This document shows, in pieces, positions 47,670 to 58,767 of a DNA stretch of 64,000 nucleotides (positions within the stretch are counted from its first letter, which is position 1; every line of letters begins with the position of its first letter). Position numbers and translations under genes: made by a program. Source of the DNA: Eukaryota sp. TZLM1-RC (lineage: Eukaryota; Protista; Metamonada: BaSk clade). The notes under the pieces are model-generated. The model saw only the letters and a program-made list of their open reading frames with translations, searched no databases and was not told the DNA's origin. The stretch covers positions 248,001 to 312,000 of the forward strand of contig JAUPSS010000008.1 in assembly GCA_040285825.1 (NCBI GenBank), in the 5' to 3' direction.

Positions 47670-49129
47670 AAATTTTGAACGGAATAATGGTTGTGAGAGT
47701 GTTTACTGGGTGAAGGTTTTGCCATGTATCTTCTGCCAGTTGGACAAGGGATAACTCCACATTGATAATCAGCTAAGAAGTATCCACATAATCTTGATTG
47801 TCCCAGATCAACGTCAATAAGGAGCCTTTCGGGTAAAATTTCGACTGGATGTCTACGTCTTCAACAAGGCATTTTTTGAGTGCCCATCCACTGTGTTTCT
47901 CTGGCATCAGGGTCACTTTTCATTTCTTTTTTCAATCTTCGTTTCTTTATCGGTGTTTTCTGAGTCATTATTTTTACTTTAAAATGTTAAAAACAGTTCA
48001 TTACCATTAGTTTTCAAATCTGTTTATCAAACTTTGCTTGTTGATATTGAATTTTTGGTAAGGGCATTGTTTGAATATTCGTTGTAGACATGTATTTTTG
48101 ATTAACTTTGTTTTGGAAGATGATCAATAAGTGGGAATTTTTTCACAGAGTGGGAAATTTGTGAAGGTATCTCCTGAAATTTAGAACCTTAATGAGAAGC
48201 TAAACGTATTATTCGCAATTTCTTCCAGCAATGCATATGTGAGAAGAAAGTGAGTAAGTATTGTGAAATTTTAAGATTAGAGAGAAAAAGCTCACCAATT
48301 TCCTTTGATGAAAAGGTGATTTATCACGTCAAGACAGTAGAGAAGCAGTGGCAGGAAATCTTTGAAGGAGATTCAAGATAAACTTACATGCATTTAATAA
48401 AAAGAATCTTTCTCTTGAATTATTCAGATTGAAATTGATGTAGTGTTCGAGAACAAAATCAACAACTACTTCTTCGGGTTGGGCTAAGGGTTTATCTGGT
48501 AAAAGAGAGAGAAGATAATTGGCACAGACATTCGTTTGATCTAGAGAAGCTTGCTTTCGCTTCACGTACAGCCAAGGAGAATTGCGAAGAAGAATTTGTC
48601 ATTATAAGATTCAGGAATCGAGGAATTGATATGTAAATGATTTCGTAGAATGTGAAACTTGCCAGTGCTGATGACATTTTTATTGTTATATCATTATGAA
48701 TTATGGCTATAAAATTGGGGTCCATGTACTTAGTTTCAGTCCTGAATATTAAAATTTTTTAATGATATTCCCCTTAATGCTTTTAGATCGCACAAGCCTG
48801 GCCGTATTTCCCTGACATGTTTATTTATTTTACCAAATGCTGCGTTTTTAGGTGGCATCAAGAACTTCCTGTATGAACTTGCTTTAAGGTTTCTTCGTCA
48901 ATGGATCTATTTAGTACATAGCTTTTCTTCAGTTGCAATCAAATTTTATCGTACCTTCCTAAAAATACTGTTGCAATGACTTTTGGAAATCATTCTTTTC
49001 TGCAAAAGTTGACTTTACCTCGATTGAAACTAAAGATTTCCAAACTTTTTAAGAACTGTTCCTGAACTATAGAAGAAGATTATCAATTATTTAGAAGCCG
49101 AATCACTGAACACTCAAATCAGCATGGCT

Positions 49130-49345
49130 AATACCTCCGGTGTCTTTTCCTTGAAATTATTTTTGTCTTCTTTGTGCAGTTTGAATTCTTTTCAAATTAG
49201 TTTATCTTGTTGGATAACGCAAGTTCCTCGCCGTTTTGGTCTACTGCTCTCACATATTCAATTTCTGACAGTCAAGCAGTTCGTGATTGTACCTATGATG
49301 TGTTGAAATGTACTCATCATCCTGTCCGTTAAGAACCTCTGTTTA
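49130..49345 (+). mobile_element. Short RLE retrotransposon fragment
   Basis: WITQVPRRFGLLLS and RDCTYD..EPL resemble the other RLE elements. Confidence 0.5.
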
Positions 49346-49392
49346 ATGAATTAAAATTCAGTATGAGCCAAAAACGAATTGTTATTCCATAT

Positions 49393-51184
49393 TGTTGTTG
49401 TTGAACTCAAATTGAATTAGTAGGTTTCTTTGTATTTTGACTGATGACGTGATACTCATTTATGAATCAGTTTTATTAATAAACTCAGATTTCTCTCTCT
49501 CCCCTTCGTGTGTTCATCTGCCTAACGGCATCAATAATTATGGACCCTTTTTATTTCAGATGACTGTACCCTCTGTCAACCCCCCGTCTCTTTCTTCCAT
49601 GAAAATTGAAAGTGTTCTTCCGTTCCTACAGAAGTGGAAGATCTATTCTTCTGTGACTCCTAAGAAAGAGCTTGTTCCAGCAAGACTCCTGGTCGATCCT
49701 TTTCTGTTAGAGTCCCAATCTCTCCAGAAATTCGACTACTGATGCAGTGACGATGTTCTTTTCAGACATCTACAATCTGGCGTATCGTTCGCCGTGTACG
49801 AAGATTTTAGTCTGGCTATGTCAGAACTGAAGCTTGATGTCCGTATTGGTGACGTCCGAGAACGTATGTCCTGTTACCTGCGACGTTTCCTCCAGGTAAA
49901 GAGTAGGGCTTCCGGACTGAAGTTACCAGACACAGCTTTTCTGAATCGATTTGCCAGAGGAATTCTTCCCGTAGGTCTTCAACGTTCTCTACTAGCGAGA
50001 ATTCGAGATGATGTATTCCCAGATCTTCACTCTCTTGTCGAAACCACTACTGATGAGCTGTTGGACTGCTCTAGGGTTGCTTCATGGACTCGTGGTTTCA
50101 AAACCTCAGTGAATGATGTGGAACGTACGGCTGGCACTAAAACGAGGTCCTCTTGGCGCTCTCAGGATTTAAAAAAATCAATCGTGCTTCAAGTGCCACA
50201 AGCCTGGACACATCTCCCGCGATTGTCCATCTAAAATCAAACATGAGGTAAATTATTTGTGTCACACAAACGATGCACCAAAGAGTTTAACAAACCCCAT
50301 ATCTTCCCTCTATTGAGCCAGTACTGTATTTGTCCTCAGAAAAGTGGGAAAAAGTAGTGTTGTTGTTGAACTCAAATTGAATTAGTAGGTTTCTTTGTAT
50401 TTCGACTGATGACGTGATACTCATTTATGAATCAGTTTTATTAATAAACTCAGATTTCTCTCTCTCCCCTTCGTGTGTTCATCTGCCTAACGGCATCAAT
50501 AATTATGGACCCTTTTTATTTCAGATGACTGTACCCTCTGTCAACCCCCCGTCTCTTTCTTCCATGAAAATTGAAAGTGTTCTTCCGTTCCTACAGAAGT
50601 GGAAGATCTATTCTTCTGTGACTCCTAAGAAAGAGCTTGTTCCAGCAAGACTCCTGGTCGATCCTTTTCTGTTAGAGTCCCAATCTCTCCAGAAATTCGA
50701 CTACTGATGCAGTGACGATGTTCTTTTCAGACATCTACAATCTGGCGTATCGTTCGCCGTGTACGAAGATTTTAGTCTGGCTATGTCAGAACTGAAGCTT
50801 GATGTCCGTATTGGTGACGTCCGAGAACGTATGTCCTGTTACCTGTGACGTTTCTTCCTGGTAAAGAATAGGGCTTCCGGACTGAACTTGCCAGACATAG
50901 CTTTTTTGAACCGATTTGCCAGAGGAATTCTTCCCGAAGTCTTCAACGTTATACCAACGATGCACCGGAGAATTTAGCAAACCCCATTCCTTCCCTCTAT
51001 TGGGCCAGTACTGTATTTGTCCTCAGAAAAATGGGAAAAAGTAGTGTTGTTGTTGAACTCAAATTGAATTAGTAGGTTTCTTTGTATTTTGACTCAGACG
51101 TGATACTCATTTATGAATCAGTTTTATTAATAAACTCAGATTTCTCTCTCTCCCCTTCGTGTGTTCATCTGCCTAACGGCATCA
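49393..51184 (+). mobile_element. Tandem gag-only LTR element array (LTR-gag-LTR-gag'-LTR)
   Basis: Three ~141-bp TG...CA LTRs (49393-49533, 50358-50498, 51045-51184); PPT before LTR2 and LTR3; outer TSD ATAT; gag with CFKCHKPGHISRDC knuckle; no pol. Confidence 0.92.
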
Positions 51185-52029
51185 ATATTCCTGGTTTAAT
51201 GCAACTGTACTAATTATCGATTGTACCACCGTATTTCCGTCGAAAAGAAGTTTCAATTCTGACATTCAACATTCTACTTATATTGTAATATCAGCTTAAA
51301 TAAATTGTATGTACCACTGGAAAAAGCAAATAGATTGACAAATACCCATTGAAATATAGAGATGGTTTAATTGTAAAATATTATTTGCTCCTTACCATGG
51401 TTTGAACTATCATCCTGATCACTATTTTTTCGGTTTGCACTGAGTTCAAATTTGATCCTATTCTCATCACAAGAAAGACAGATGAAAAAGAAAAACACGT
51501 GCTGGTCAATGAGTTAACAGCAATGGAACAATATTTCTATTATCGATATGTACTACAAAGTAACGAAAAGAGACAGTCTTGATATGCTATCGCCTACTTT
51601 AAGTTTTATGGATGGCTCATTTTCTTTTGAAGTATCTACAAGAAAATGGCTGTATTTCATTCAAGGAAAGATTACATATTTGAAGTAGTTTCGTACTGGA
51701 ATTACCCAAATACATTTCTTGAAATTCTTTGGCTTGTATTTAAACCAACTATCATCAATAAAAGAAAACGGAATTTACTATTGATACAATAAAAACAGCT
51801 TTTCTAAACTCATGTTCATTACATTTCAATTCCAAGCTCTTATTAAGGCATCTTTCGCTAAGTTTGGCCAGGATTAATATTGCATTTCCTCATCAACACA
51901 TTTATTAGTACAGTCAAACCTCTCCTCCTCAGATAATATAGGAATATTTATGGTGAAACATCTTCAATGAGAAAAAAGTCTCCTCAATTAGTTCGCTTTC
52001 GATGAATGGCCATATCCCTCATTTATTTC

Positions 52030-52842
52030 CCACTTCTAACACTTCTAAAAGGGATAAATATTCAAAATATGATTCTTCGTTAAAATCAATTTGTATTTGC
52101 AAGCCATCTTCTTCATTAATAATTTTTTAGAAACTGAGGAGAGCAAACTCTTTCATGCTCTGCCTTTGAAACAATCTTGTATACCATCTTATATCAGAAT
52201 TGACAAGACAAGTTTATTGGACTTGTTCTTTGCCGAATACAGAGACATTCTTGGTCAAAGTTCTGTCTATCAATGTAATCATCAAGCTGCTGATTTGGTT
52301 TTAAAGGACACCATTTCAAAAATGGACAAGATTAAAAACATCAGAATTTAATCAGAAAATTCAAAGTGTATCATGTCTAGCATTGAGACTGATGGAGTAG
52401 CAGTTTCGTTGATTCAATCTAGAATGGATTTGAAACAATACAAGGTAACAGCAAAGGAATTCTAAGAAAGAGAAAAAGCAGTAACTGGTCATCCCAGCCA
52501 AGTAGTTATTGCAATCGGAGACTGGGAACAACGAAAACACATGAAATTCAAAGAAACTACCAAAGGAAAAGGTTTGAGAATATATTTAAAAAGGCTGGTT
52601 ATAAGGTCTCTTTGATTAATGAGTTTCGAACCAGTTGCTGTTGTTTCAACTGTGAAAAAGCGGAGAAAACAGTTGAAACATTCCGATGGTGCAGAATCCA
52701 AGGCCATGGAAGAGGCATGAGATGTCTATTCGTTACGAGCTTACAATGTAAATCATGCGCAAGTTTATGGAATAGAGATCGAAACGGTTCGTTGAATACG
52801 TTGGCAGTGAGGAGATACGAAGTTTGTTGGAGCAATCAGTAA
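52030..52842 (+). pseudogene. Internally deleted Fanzor1 pseudogene
   Basis: FHALPLKQSCIPSYIRIDKTSL, SIETDGVAVS, AIGDW, AGYKVSLINEFRTS, LQCKSC and WNRDRNGSLN; RuvC-I region missing. Confidence 0.88.
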
Positions 52843-52987
52843 GAGCTTGAGTGACCATAAAACGTTTGATAGTTAGCTGATCATCATATGAGAGGTGATG
52901 TAGAGGGGCGGTAACGTCATTGGCTGTCTGTTCTTTTAGTGGTTTTGAAGATCGAAAATCATGAGTGAGGAAAGCTCATGTAAAAGG

Positions 52988-53141
52988 TGGAGATAGACCA
53001 GTATACCTGCAGAGAACCAAGGTTGATGAAGGTTCAAAAGATGATATCAAGGAGAAAATCTTCCACTTCTCAAAAACTCAGTCCCTCTACATTGGTGTAA
53101 AGAGGACACTTGTTTCATTGTTATAGACAACATCTGTAACA
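52988..53141 (+). promoter_or_regulatory. Shared ~155-bp upstream element abutting the ATG of the zf-UBP/PH gene (copy 2)
   Basis: Homologous to the reverse complement of 18858-19013; ends at ATG 53142. Confidence 0.55.
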
Positions 53142-54236
53142 ATGATACTCTCAAAATGCACTCACATTGTATCGGTAGTACCGGAACTTTTCTTCACAAT
53201 ATATGGGTCCTCCACCATCAACCAAGCAATCAGATCACGAACACTCCCTTGTTCAAAGTGCAGCAACACACGGGACGTTTGGGCATGTCTTCACCCCAAT
53301 TGTCCCTTTGTAGGATGTGGACATAATGGAGATGCCCATTCTCTAACTCATTTTCAATCCTATAACAAAACCACAAACTCTCTCTCAGTCTCCTTCTCCA
53401 GTGCATCTCACTCTCTTGCCATCAATCTTCGCACTGCTGTTGTCTGGTGCTTTCGATGCCACTCTGCTGTCCACTGTTATGAACTAGTTGATCCTCTCTC
53501 TAAGGACATTCTTCTTAAACTTCGTACAGTTATTATTAACCCAAGATCCCTTGACGGTATATACGATCCTTCTAAATGTGAAGCTCGAGCCAAACAGTAC
53601 AAAGAAGCACTACGTCGTCAGCAAGAAGCATTGGAAAAAGCAAAGAAAGCAGAGAAAAAACAACAAAAACTTAAAGCTCGTAAACAAAAGCAAGAAGAAG
53701 TACTCGAGAAGCGAATTGCTTACAGAATGACCAGAATAGGCGATCCACTACAAGCACCTCCTCAGAATAAGACCAACTGGATGACCAAGGTAGTTAATGG
53801 AGGAGTTTTCCTTCGATATTTAAAAGACAAGGCTCCTCAAAGGGAATATGTCTATGTGGATGATGATTGTAACAAATTGTCTTGGAGAGATGTTCGAAAG
53901 CCTACGGCCAGGCCCCAAGACTGCATATCTTTTACTGATGTTGTTGAATTGAATATTGGGTCACAATGTGTCTCAGCTCAAGCTTTGATTAAACTTTTAG
54001 CTGCTGAGTCAAGGACACAAGATCAAAAAGAAAAACTGATTAAACGAGGGAATTTTTTGATTTGTATACTGACAAGTGTCACTGAGCTCTATTTAGAAGC
54101 AGGCAGTTTGATTAGCAGAAATGAATGGTTCTTGGCTTTTAGGTTTTGTGTCTATAAAGCTAGAAAAGAAGCTGGTTTGGAAGTTTTTGAAGTGAAAGTT
54201 CCAGAAGAAGTAGCAGAGAGTTTAGACGGTATTTAA
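53142..54236 (+). CDS. zf-UBP (BUZ) + coiled-coil + PH-domain protein
   Basis: CTH..CSKC..VWACL..C..VGCG..HSLTH..VWCFRC (zf-UBP); GGVFLRY..KLSW..ISFTDVVELNIG..LYLEA..RNEWFLAF (PH). Confidence 0.8.
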   Translation: MILSKCTHIVSVVPELFFTIYGSSTINQAIRSRTLPCSKCSNTRDVWACLHPNCPFVGCGHNGDAHSLTHFQSYNKTTNSLSVSFSSASHSLAINLRTAVVWCFRCHSAVHCYELVDPLSKDILLKLRTVIINPRSLDGIYDPSKCEARAKQYKEALRRQQEALEKAKKAEKKQQKLKARKQKQEEVLEKRIAYRMTRIGDPLQAPPQNKTNWMTKVVNGGVFLRYLKDKAPQREYVYVDDDCNKLSWRDVRKPTARPQDCISFTDVVELNIGSQCVSAQALIKLLAAESRTQDQKEKLIKRGNFLICILTSVTELYLEAGSLISRNEWFLAFRFCVYKARKEAGLEVFEVKVPEEVAESLDGI

Positions 54237-54479
54237 TTAATTATTTTTTTTTAAATTTAAACACCAGTGTTTGATGATTCAATGCGTAATAAACTTATAT
54301 GATTTGGTAATAAAGCAAGTGCTTGAAGGAAACTTAGTGTCTAACGAAGTGTCTTTTTGAGCATTTGTTAGAAATTTGTAATGTGTGTACAGAAATCTTT
54401 CTGGAAATCGTTGACTTCACCTAGAGTTATCAATATGACTAAATAAACATCTTTATTGCACTAGTAAGTTACATACACT

Positions 54480-54640
54480 CGCATGTGGAACAGTTATGTT
54501 CTTCTTGACCACATAAACTACATTTGGGTATTGTTCTTCTTTCTGCGAGGAGGTGGATGATGCTGGACGCTCAGCTATGGACTCAGTGAACTGTTGACGG
54601 TTGTTCTCTTAAGATCTGCCACCTCAGCACTTCTTCTGCA
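54480..54640 (-). pseudogene. Transposon-derived zinc-knuckle fragment
   Basis: Minus strand PKCSLCGQEEHNCSTC (CX2CX4HX4C); no long ORF. Confidence 0.45.
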
Positions 54641-55315
54641 CACAACAAATCAAACGGTTGCCATATAGTAATGATGAGATACTCTAGGGAGATAACTGTG
54701 CCTATCATCTCAGAGTTTTGGTAGGTTTGGAAATATCTGTTTATAATAAACATCTTTTGTCAGTTTGGTATTTGATTCTACTTGTGCAAGGAGTCGCACT
54801 GCCGTAATACAAATATATTCATCTTTTATTAACGTCTTCTATTTTAGGGTGATACTCAGATGTGTGTTATACTAGTTTGTGATTGTGGAGAAAACAAGCG
54901 GAAGTGGCAGTAATGTAAATCTAACGTGAAATCATGGGACGTTGGAGGGTGGAGAAGAAGATTATGTAAGATAAGAAGCCTTTTATATCACCCCATTTGT
55001 TATGTAAGCTCTTGCTAAAAGATTAGTATCTGGGAATTGCTAAAATCGCAACACCAACAACACAATTACAAAAATACATTGAAATAAATTGATTATAAAT
55101 TAAATACTAAAAAATTCTCAACAGACCAATAAATTATTATTTGTAATTATAAATATTCAAAGTAAATATCAAAATTAAATTAAATTTTCGAATCCAACCA
55201 AAAATAATTTCGACTCAACAACAGCGATGCTATTTGAAAATTTTCACCAAGATCTGGTATAATTGGCTTATAAGAAGAAATGAAAAGCTTAATTAAAGGA
55301 AAACTTCCAAATAAG

Positions 55316-57943
55316 CTATTCATCATCAGAATCTTCCACCACTCTTTTCTTTCTTCCAAATCCAGAACTTATTCTTCTTTTTCCTGGATTATTGCTAATT
55401 TTGATCGCAGGTTTCGTGATCTTTTCCTCTTTAGCTTCCGTCGCTACAAGATTCACAATCGGCTCTTCATCTTCTGAAACAACAATAGGAAGAAAAACCT
55501 CTTCATCGCTCAGTTGTTGACTTAGTAAAGGAGAAAGTTGAGGGGAAGAAGATTTGAGTTTGTTTGTCGTAGGGGCTGTTGTATCTGAATTCTGCCGAAC
55601 TTTCCTTTTTGGTTTCTTGTTTTCCTTTTCGTTTTCTTCTTTCAACCCTTTTTCCTCTTTTTGACCAATTTCCTTGGACTTTTCTACCAAATCATCAATC
55701 AAATCAAAATCATCCTGGTTATCAGAACTTTCTTGTTCTTTAAGTGCGTCTTCATTAACCAAAGGAACTTCGTCCAAATTTGAAGGAGTGTTGATTGATT
55801 GAGGTTCAAAGTCAGAAACAAAGTCAGGTTTGAGCCCATTATGGATTCTAGTGGCTAATTCAGGGGTAATAGGAAAAAGAGAAAGAACACCGATCGAAGG
55901 ATTTTCTTTTACGTGGACGGTAAACCGTGTCGATAGCGATTGGCAAACGTGGATCAGTTTCCCAATCAAAGGATCAGAACCATTTTGACTCACAAGAAAC
56001 CTCGTGACCTGTAACAAAAGATTAAAGTTGTAGAAAATAGGGTAATAATTGAAGTTTAAGAAAAATTGCATTATTTGCAGCAAAATCAGAGAAACGTCTT
56101 TTGGTAAATTACAAATATCATAAAATAAAAAACTGAAATTTCTAAATAAATCATAATTAGCAAGCTTAAGAAGATAATCTATATTGAATCCCTTGGTTCG
56201 GCTAATTAAATCAGAAAAAAAATGATTTAAATTGCTTCTATTAATAATTTCGGAATAGAATTGAGGTTCAAATTTAATGTTATTTTGAGTATCATAAGGA
56301 TCATTGAAACCAAATTCTAAAACAACTAAATGAATTCTAATTATTCTAAGTAAATCAAAAACCAGCCTTAAAGGATGCTTAATAGGGCTAAAATCACCAA
56401 AAAACTTGTAAACTAAGCCCATAAATGAATGACTGCCTCTGTTAGTGGAAGAATTCAAAAATAGAAGATCAGAGACCAAAATTATAAAGACTTGGTAGGA
56501 AAAATAAAGTAAAGTCCATAATTGTTTCGAAACCCCTTGAATTTCATGAGATAAAGCAACAGAACTATCATTAGTAAATGACAACACAGACATTGCTTCC
56601 AAATTATCTGAAATTGATGGAAATTGTTTTAAAACAGTGATTATTAGTTCAAAGGTAAGTTCAATAAAGGAGGTCATAAATGCAATAATGATGGAAATGT
56701 GTTCCCAATTTTTGGCAACACGAGCGTCTTCCAAAATTCCACATATTATTGTTCTGAATAATTTACTTGACTTATTTTTTGAACTAAAAAAATGTTTAAA
56801 AATTCTAACCACATTATTATAAATTGAAATTCCTTGAAAAGAATCACTATCCAGTGATAATTGATCAATAATTTGCAGTTTAAGAACTTCGAAACAAAAC
56901 TTTGATAAACAAAAGAATTGAAATTTTGGGTTAAACTCAGAATCATTAGTTTCAGACGAATAGGGATCAAGATTTGGTAAAGCCTCTATATTTACAATGA
57001 TAACATCGAATTTTAAAGCAAGGTCAATAATAAGGTCAATGAAAACTTGCTTTTCTTGAGAAGTCAGACTGACCCCCAAAGAAGCTTCCTTTAGTAAAAA
57101 GAATGGTTCCCTTGAAGATTTACAAGACTGTCTATTCCGAGGATGGGGCCTGCGACTCCCATAAATTATGTCACGGTCACTTTCAAGAGAAGTCTTTTGA
57201 AGGTCAGAAATAAAAGTCGAGGTTGACACGTCATAATTATGACCCATTAACAAAGCACTTACTGAAAATGGACAAAGAATCTTACTGAATACACTTAAAC
57301 ATAGACTTGAAATATTTTTGGAATTTAAATAAAACAAACCAGTGATTGCTGTCAAAAACTTAATGGAAAGCAAACCTTGGAACAACTTAGAATGAGTGGC
57401 TGATCTAGACAGTTTAGATCCAATACATTCATTGGGATTAGGGTCAGGTATAGACACCAAAAAGTGAAGTATCTGAAGAATGGCTTCAATGTTGTGAATG
57501 TTGGAGTTTAGGTACTCACTATCAGCATCTAAAACGTGAGATATAGGAGAGAGAAGGGGGAGAAGATAAAGAGAAGACGAAAAATCAAACTTAAGTTCTT
57601 GAAGTGATGCAAGGATTGAATCAGTGCTAATGCGACAAAATGCAGCTGAAAAAACATCTCTAATGAAGATAATGGTTTTGCTTAGTAACTCTTCATCGTC
57701 ATTGTCGAAAGCAGCGTTGAGCAGAGGGAAAAGAACCTTTTGAATGAAAGAATGTTGTAGTAAGGTCTCAAGAAAAGTGGTGGTATTATGTTCAGCTGTC
57801 CTAAAGACTGTACTGATATCAACAAGATGATTGAGAGAGTTGTCATTGATCTCAAAAACTTCAGACCCATTGGCAGTACGAGTCCATCTACCTAATAATC
57901 TCTGTGCATGTAAGACAAACGTGGACGCCTGCCTTTCGCTCAT
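55316..57943 (-). CDS. Timeless/Tof1/Swi1-like replication fork protection protein
   Basis: N-terminal LG....F.....L.DI....R...FIQKVLFPLL pattern; helical repeats; acidic/basic disordered tail. Confidence 0.6.
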   Translation of the reverse strand: MSERQASTFVLHAQRLLGRWTRTANGSEVFEINDNSLNHLVDISTVFRTAEHNTTTFLETLLQHSFIQKVLFPLLNAAFDNDDEELLSKTIIFIRDVFSAAFCRISTDSILASLQELKFDFSSSLYLLPLLSPISHVLDADSEYLNSNIHNIEAILQILHFLVSIPDPNPNECIGSKLSRSATHSKLFQGLLSIKFLTAITGLFYLNSKNISSLCLSVFSKILCPFSVSALLMGHNYDVSTSTFISDLQKTSLESDRDIIYGSRRPHPRNRQSCKSSREPFFLLKEASLGVSLTSQEKQVFIDLIIDLALKFDVIIVNIEALPNLDPYSSETNDSEFNPKFQFFCLSKFCFEVLKLQIIDQLSLDSDSFQGISIYNNVVRIFKHFFSSKNKSSKLFRTIICGILEDARVAKNWEHISIIIAFMTSFIELTFELIITVLKQFPSISDNLEAMSVLSFTNDSSVALSHEIQGVSKQLWTLLYFSYQVFIILVSDLLFLNSSTNRGSHSFMGLVYKFFGDFSPIKHPLRLVFDLLRIIRIHLVVLEFGFNDPYDTQNNIKFEPQFYSEIINRSNLNHFFSDLISRTKGFNIDYLLKLANYDLFRNFSFLFYDICNLPKDVSLILLQIMQFFLNFNYYPIFYNFNLLLQVTRFLVSQNGSDPLIGKLIHVCQSLSTRFTVHVKENPSIGVLSLFPITPELATRIHNGLKPDFVSDFEPQSINTPSNLDEVPLVNEDALKEQESSDNQDDFDLIDDLVEKSKEIGQKEEKGLKEENEKENKKPKRKVRQNSDTTAPTTNKLKSSSPQLSPLLSQQLSDEEVFLPIVVSEDEEPIVNLVATEAKEEKITKPAIKISNNPGKRRISSGFGRKKRVVEDSDDE

Positions 57944-58619
57944 GACTTAACAGTAAGTAATCAAGTGGGTGGATTAAATTGGTTTCAATAAACACATCAC
58001 AAATTTAATTTGGTGTGAATTTAGTTTTTGATGTGAAGCCATTAAATTTAAAGAAGCTTAAAGCTTTAATAGCTGGCAATGGGTATCCAAATTTCGGATC
58101 ATCCTATCACCCCTGAATTTAGATGTTTTTTTTCAAATACAGATAACAGATGAAGTCTAATCATCTATGGAAGAACCTGAATTTTTGATGTTTAACTGAA
58201 TGTGTTCTACCGAGACTATTTTGTTTCAAATACGTTTCAACTATGCACAACACAGTTTGGACAAATTTTTAGGACAAATAGAATACATTTTTTTACATTG
58301 ATTTTGGCTATTAATACGCGAAGCTCATTGTGAAATTTTGACAATTTTCAATTGGTTTAACACGTTGATCTTATTTATCAAATGCTGCAATTGAAACATG
58401 AGAATGAATTATCCTCCATTTTCTGTTTTGATAGCAATGAAGAGATTTGATGAAAGTTGTTGTATCATTACTGTTTGATTTGAATTCAGATTCTAACTAA
58501 TTGGTCTCGTATTTTTATCACTCTAGCAACGGGTAATTGAATTTTAAATTCAGAATCTATTTCAAACTTTATTGTGTTAACTTGATGATTGTGTTGTTGA
58601 TATCTCTGAGGTTTCCAAT

Positions 58620-58755
58620 TATGCCCTTGAATTCCATTTTTCCTGGAATACCGGAATTCTAGTGAGTAGTGCTGGAATTTTTTAGGTATTTCATTAGGTA
58701 TTTGGAATTTAAAGTTATGTTTACAACTGTAAATTTCACTTAAGCTGAATTCCCA
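58620..58755. repeat. Degenerate copy of the GGAATTCC-rich MITE family
   Basis: Resembles the reverse complement of 38490-38572 (cggaattc.agt...tgctggaatt..tta.gtatttc.tta.gtatttggaatt). Confidence 0.6.
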
Positions 58756-58767
58756 ACTCAAAAGATA

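Larger units (their letters stand above)
45108..48150 (-). pseudogene. Fanzor pseudogene interrupted by a non-LTR element (45767-47669) and a solo LTR (45511-45666)
   Basis: LKTNGNELFLTF, LLIDVDLGQ (RuvC-I-like), KFDNRRRKE, AVGSANF, SKFNTSKLSSCC and CTEC..FDRDIFAAKNI (RuvC-III); collinear once the insertions are removed. Confidence 0.78.

Noticed and set aside
48329-48725. Two overlapping short minus-strand ORFs
   Set aside because: Frameshifted, with no recognisable motif; cannot be assigned.
11738-50707. Alternative genetic code to explain in-frame stops
   Set aside because: Conserved host genes are uninterrupted and end in TAA/TGA/TAG; stops occur only in decayed elements.
54544-54712. 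Hairpins and RUGAUGA suggesting a C/D snoRNA
   Set aside because: No CTGA box D at the expected place, and the opposite strand encodes a transposon-type zinc knuckle.
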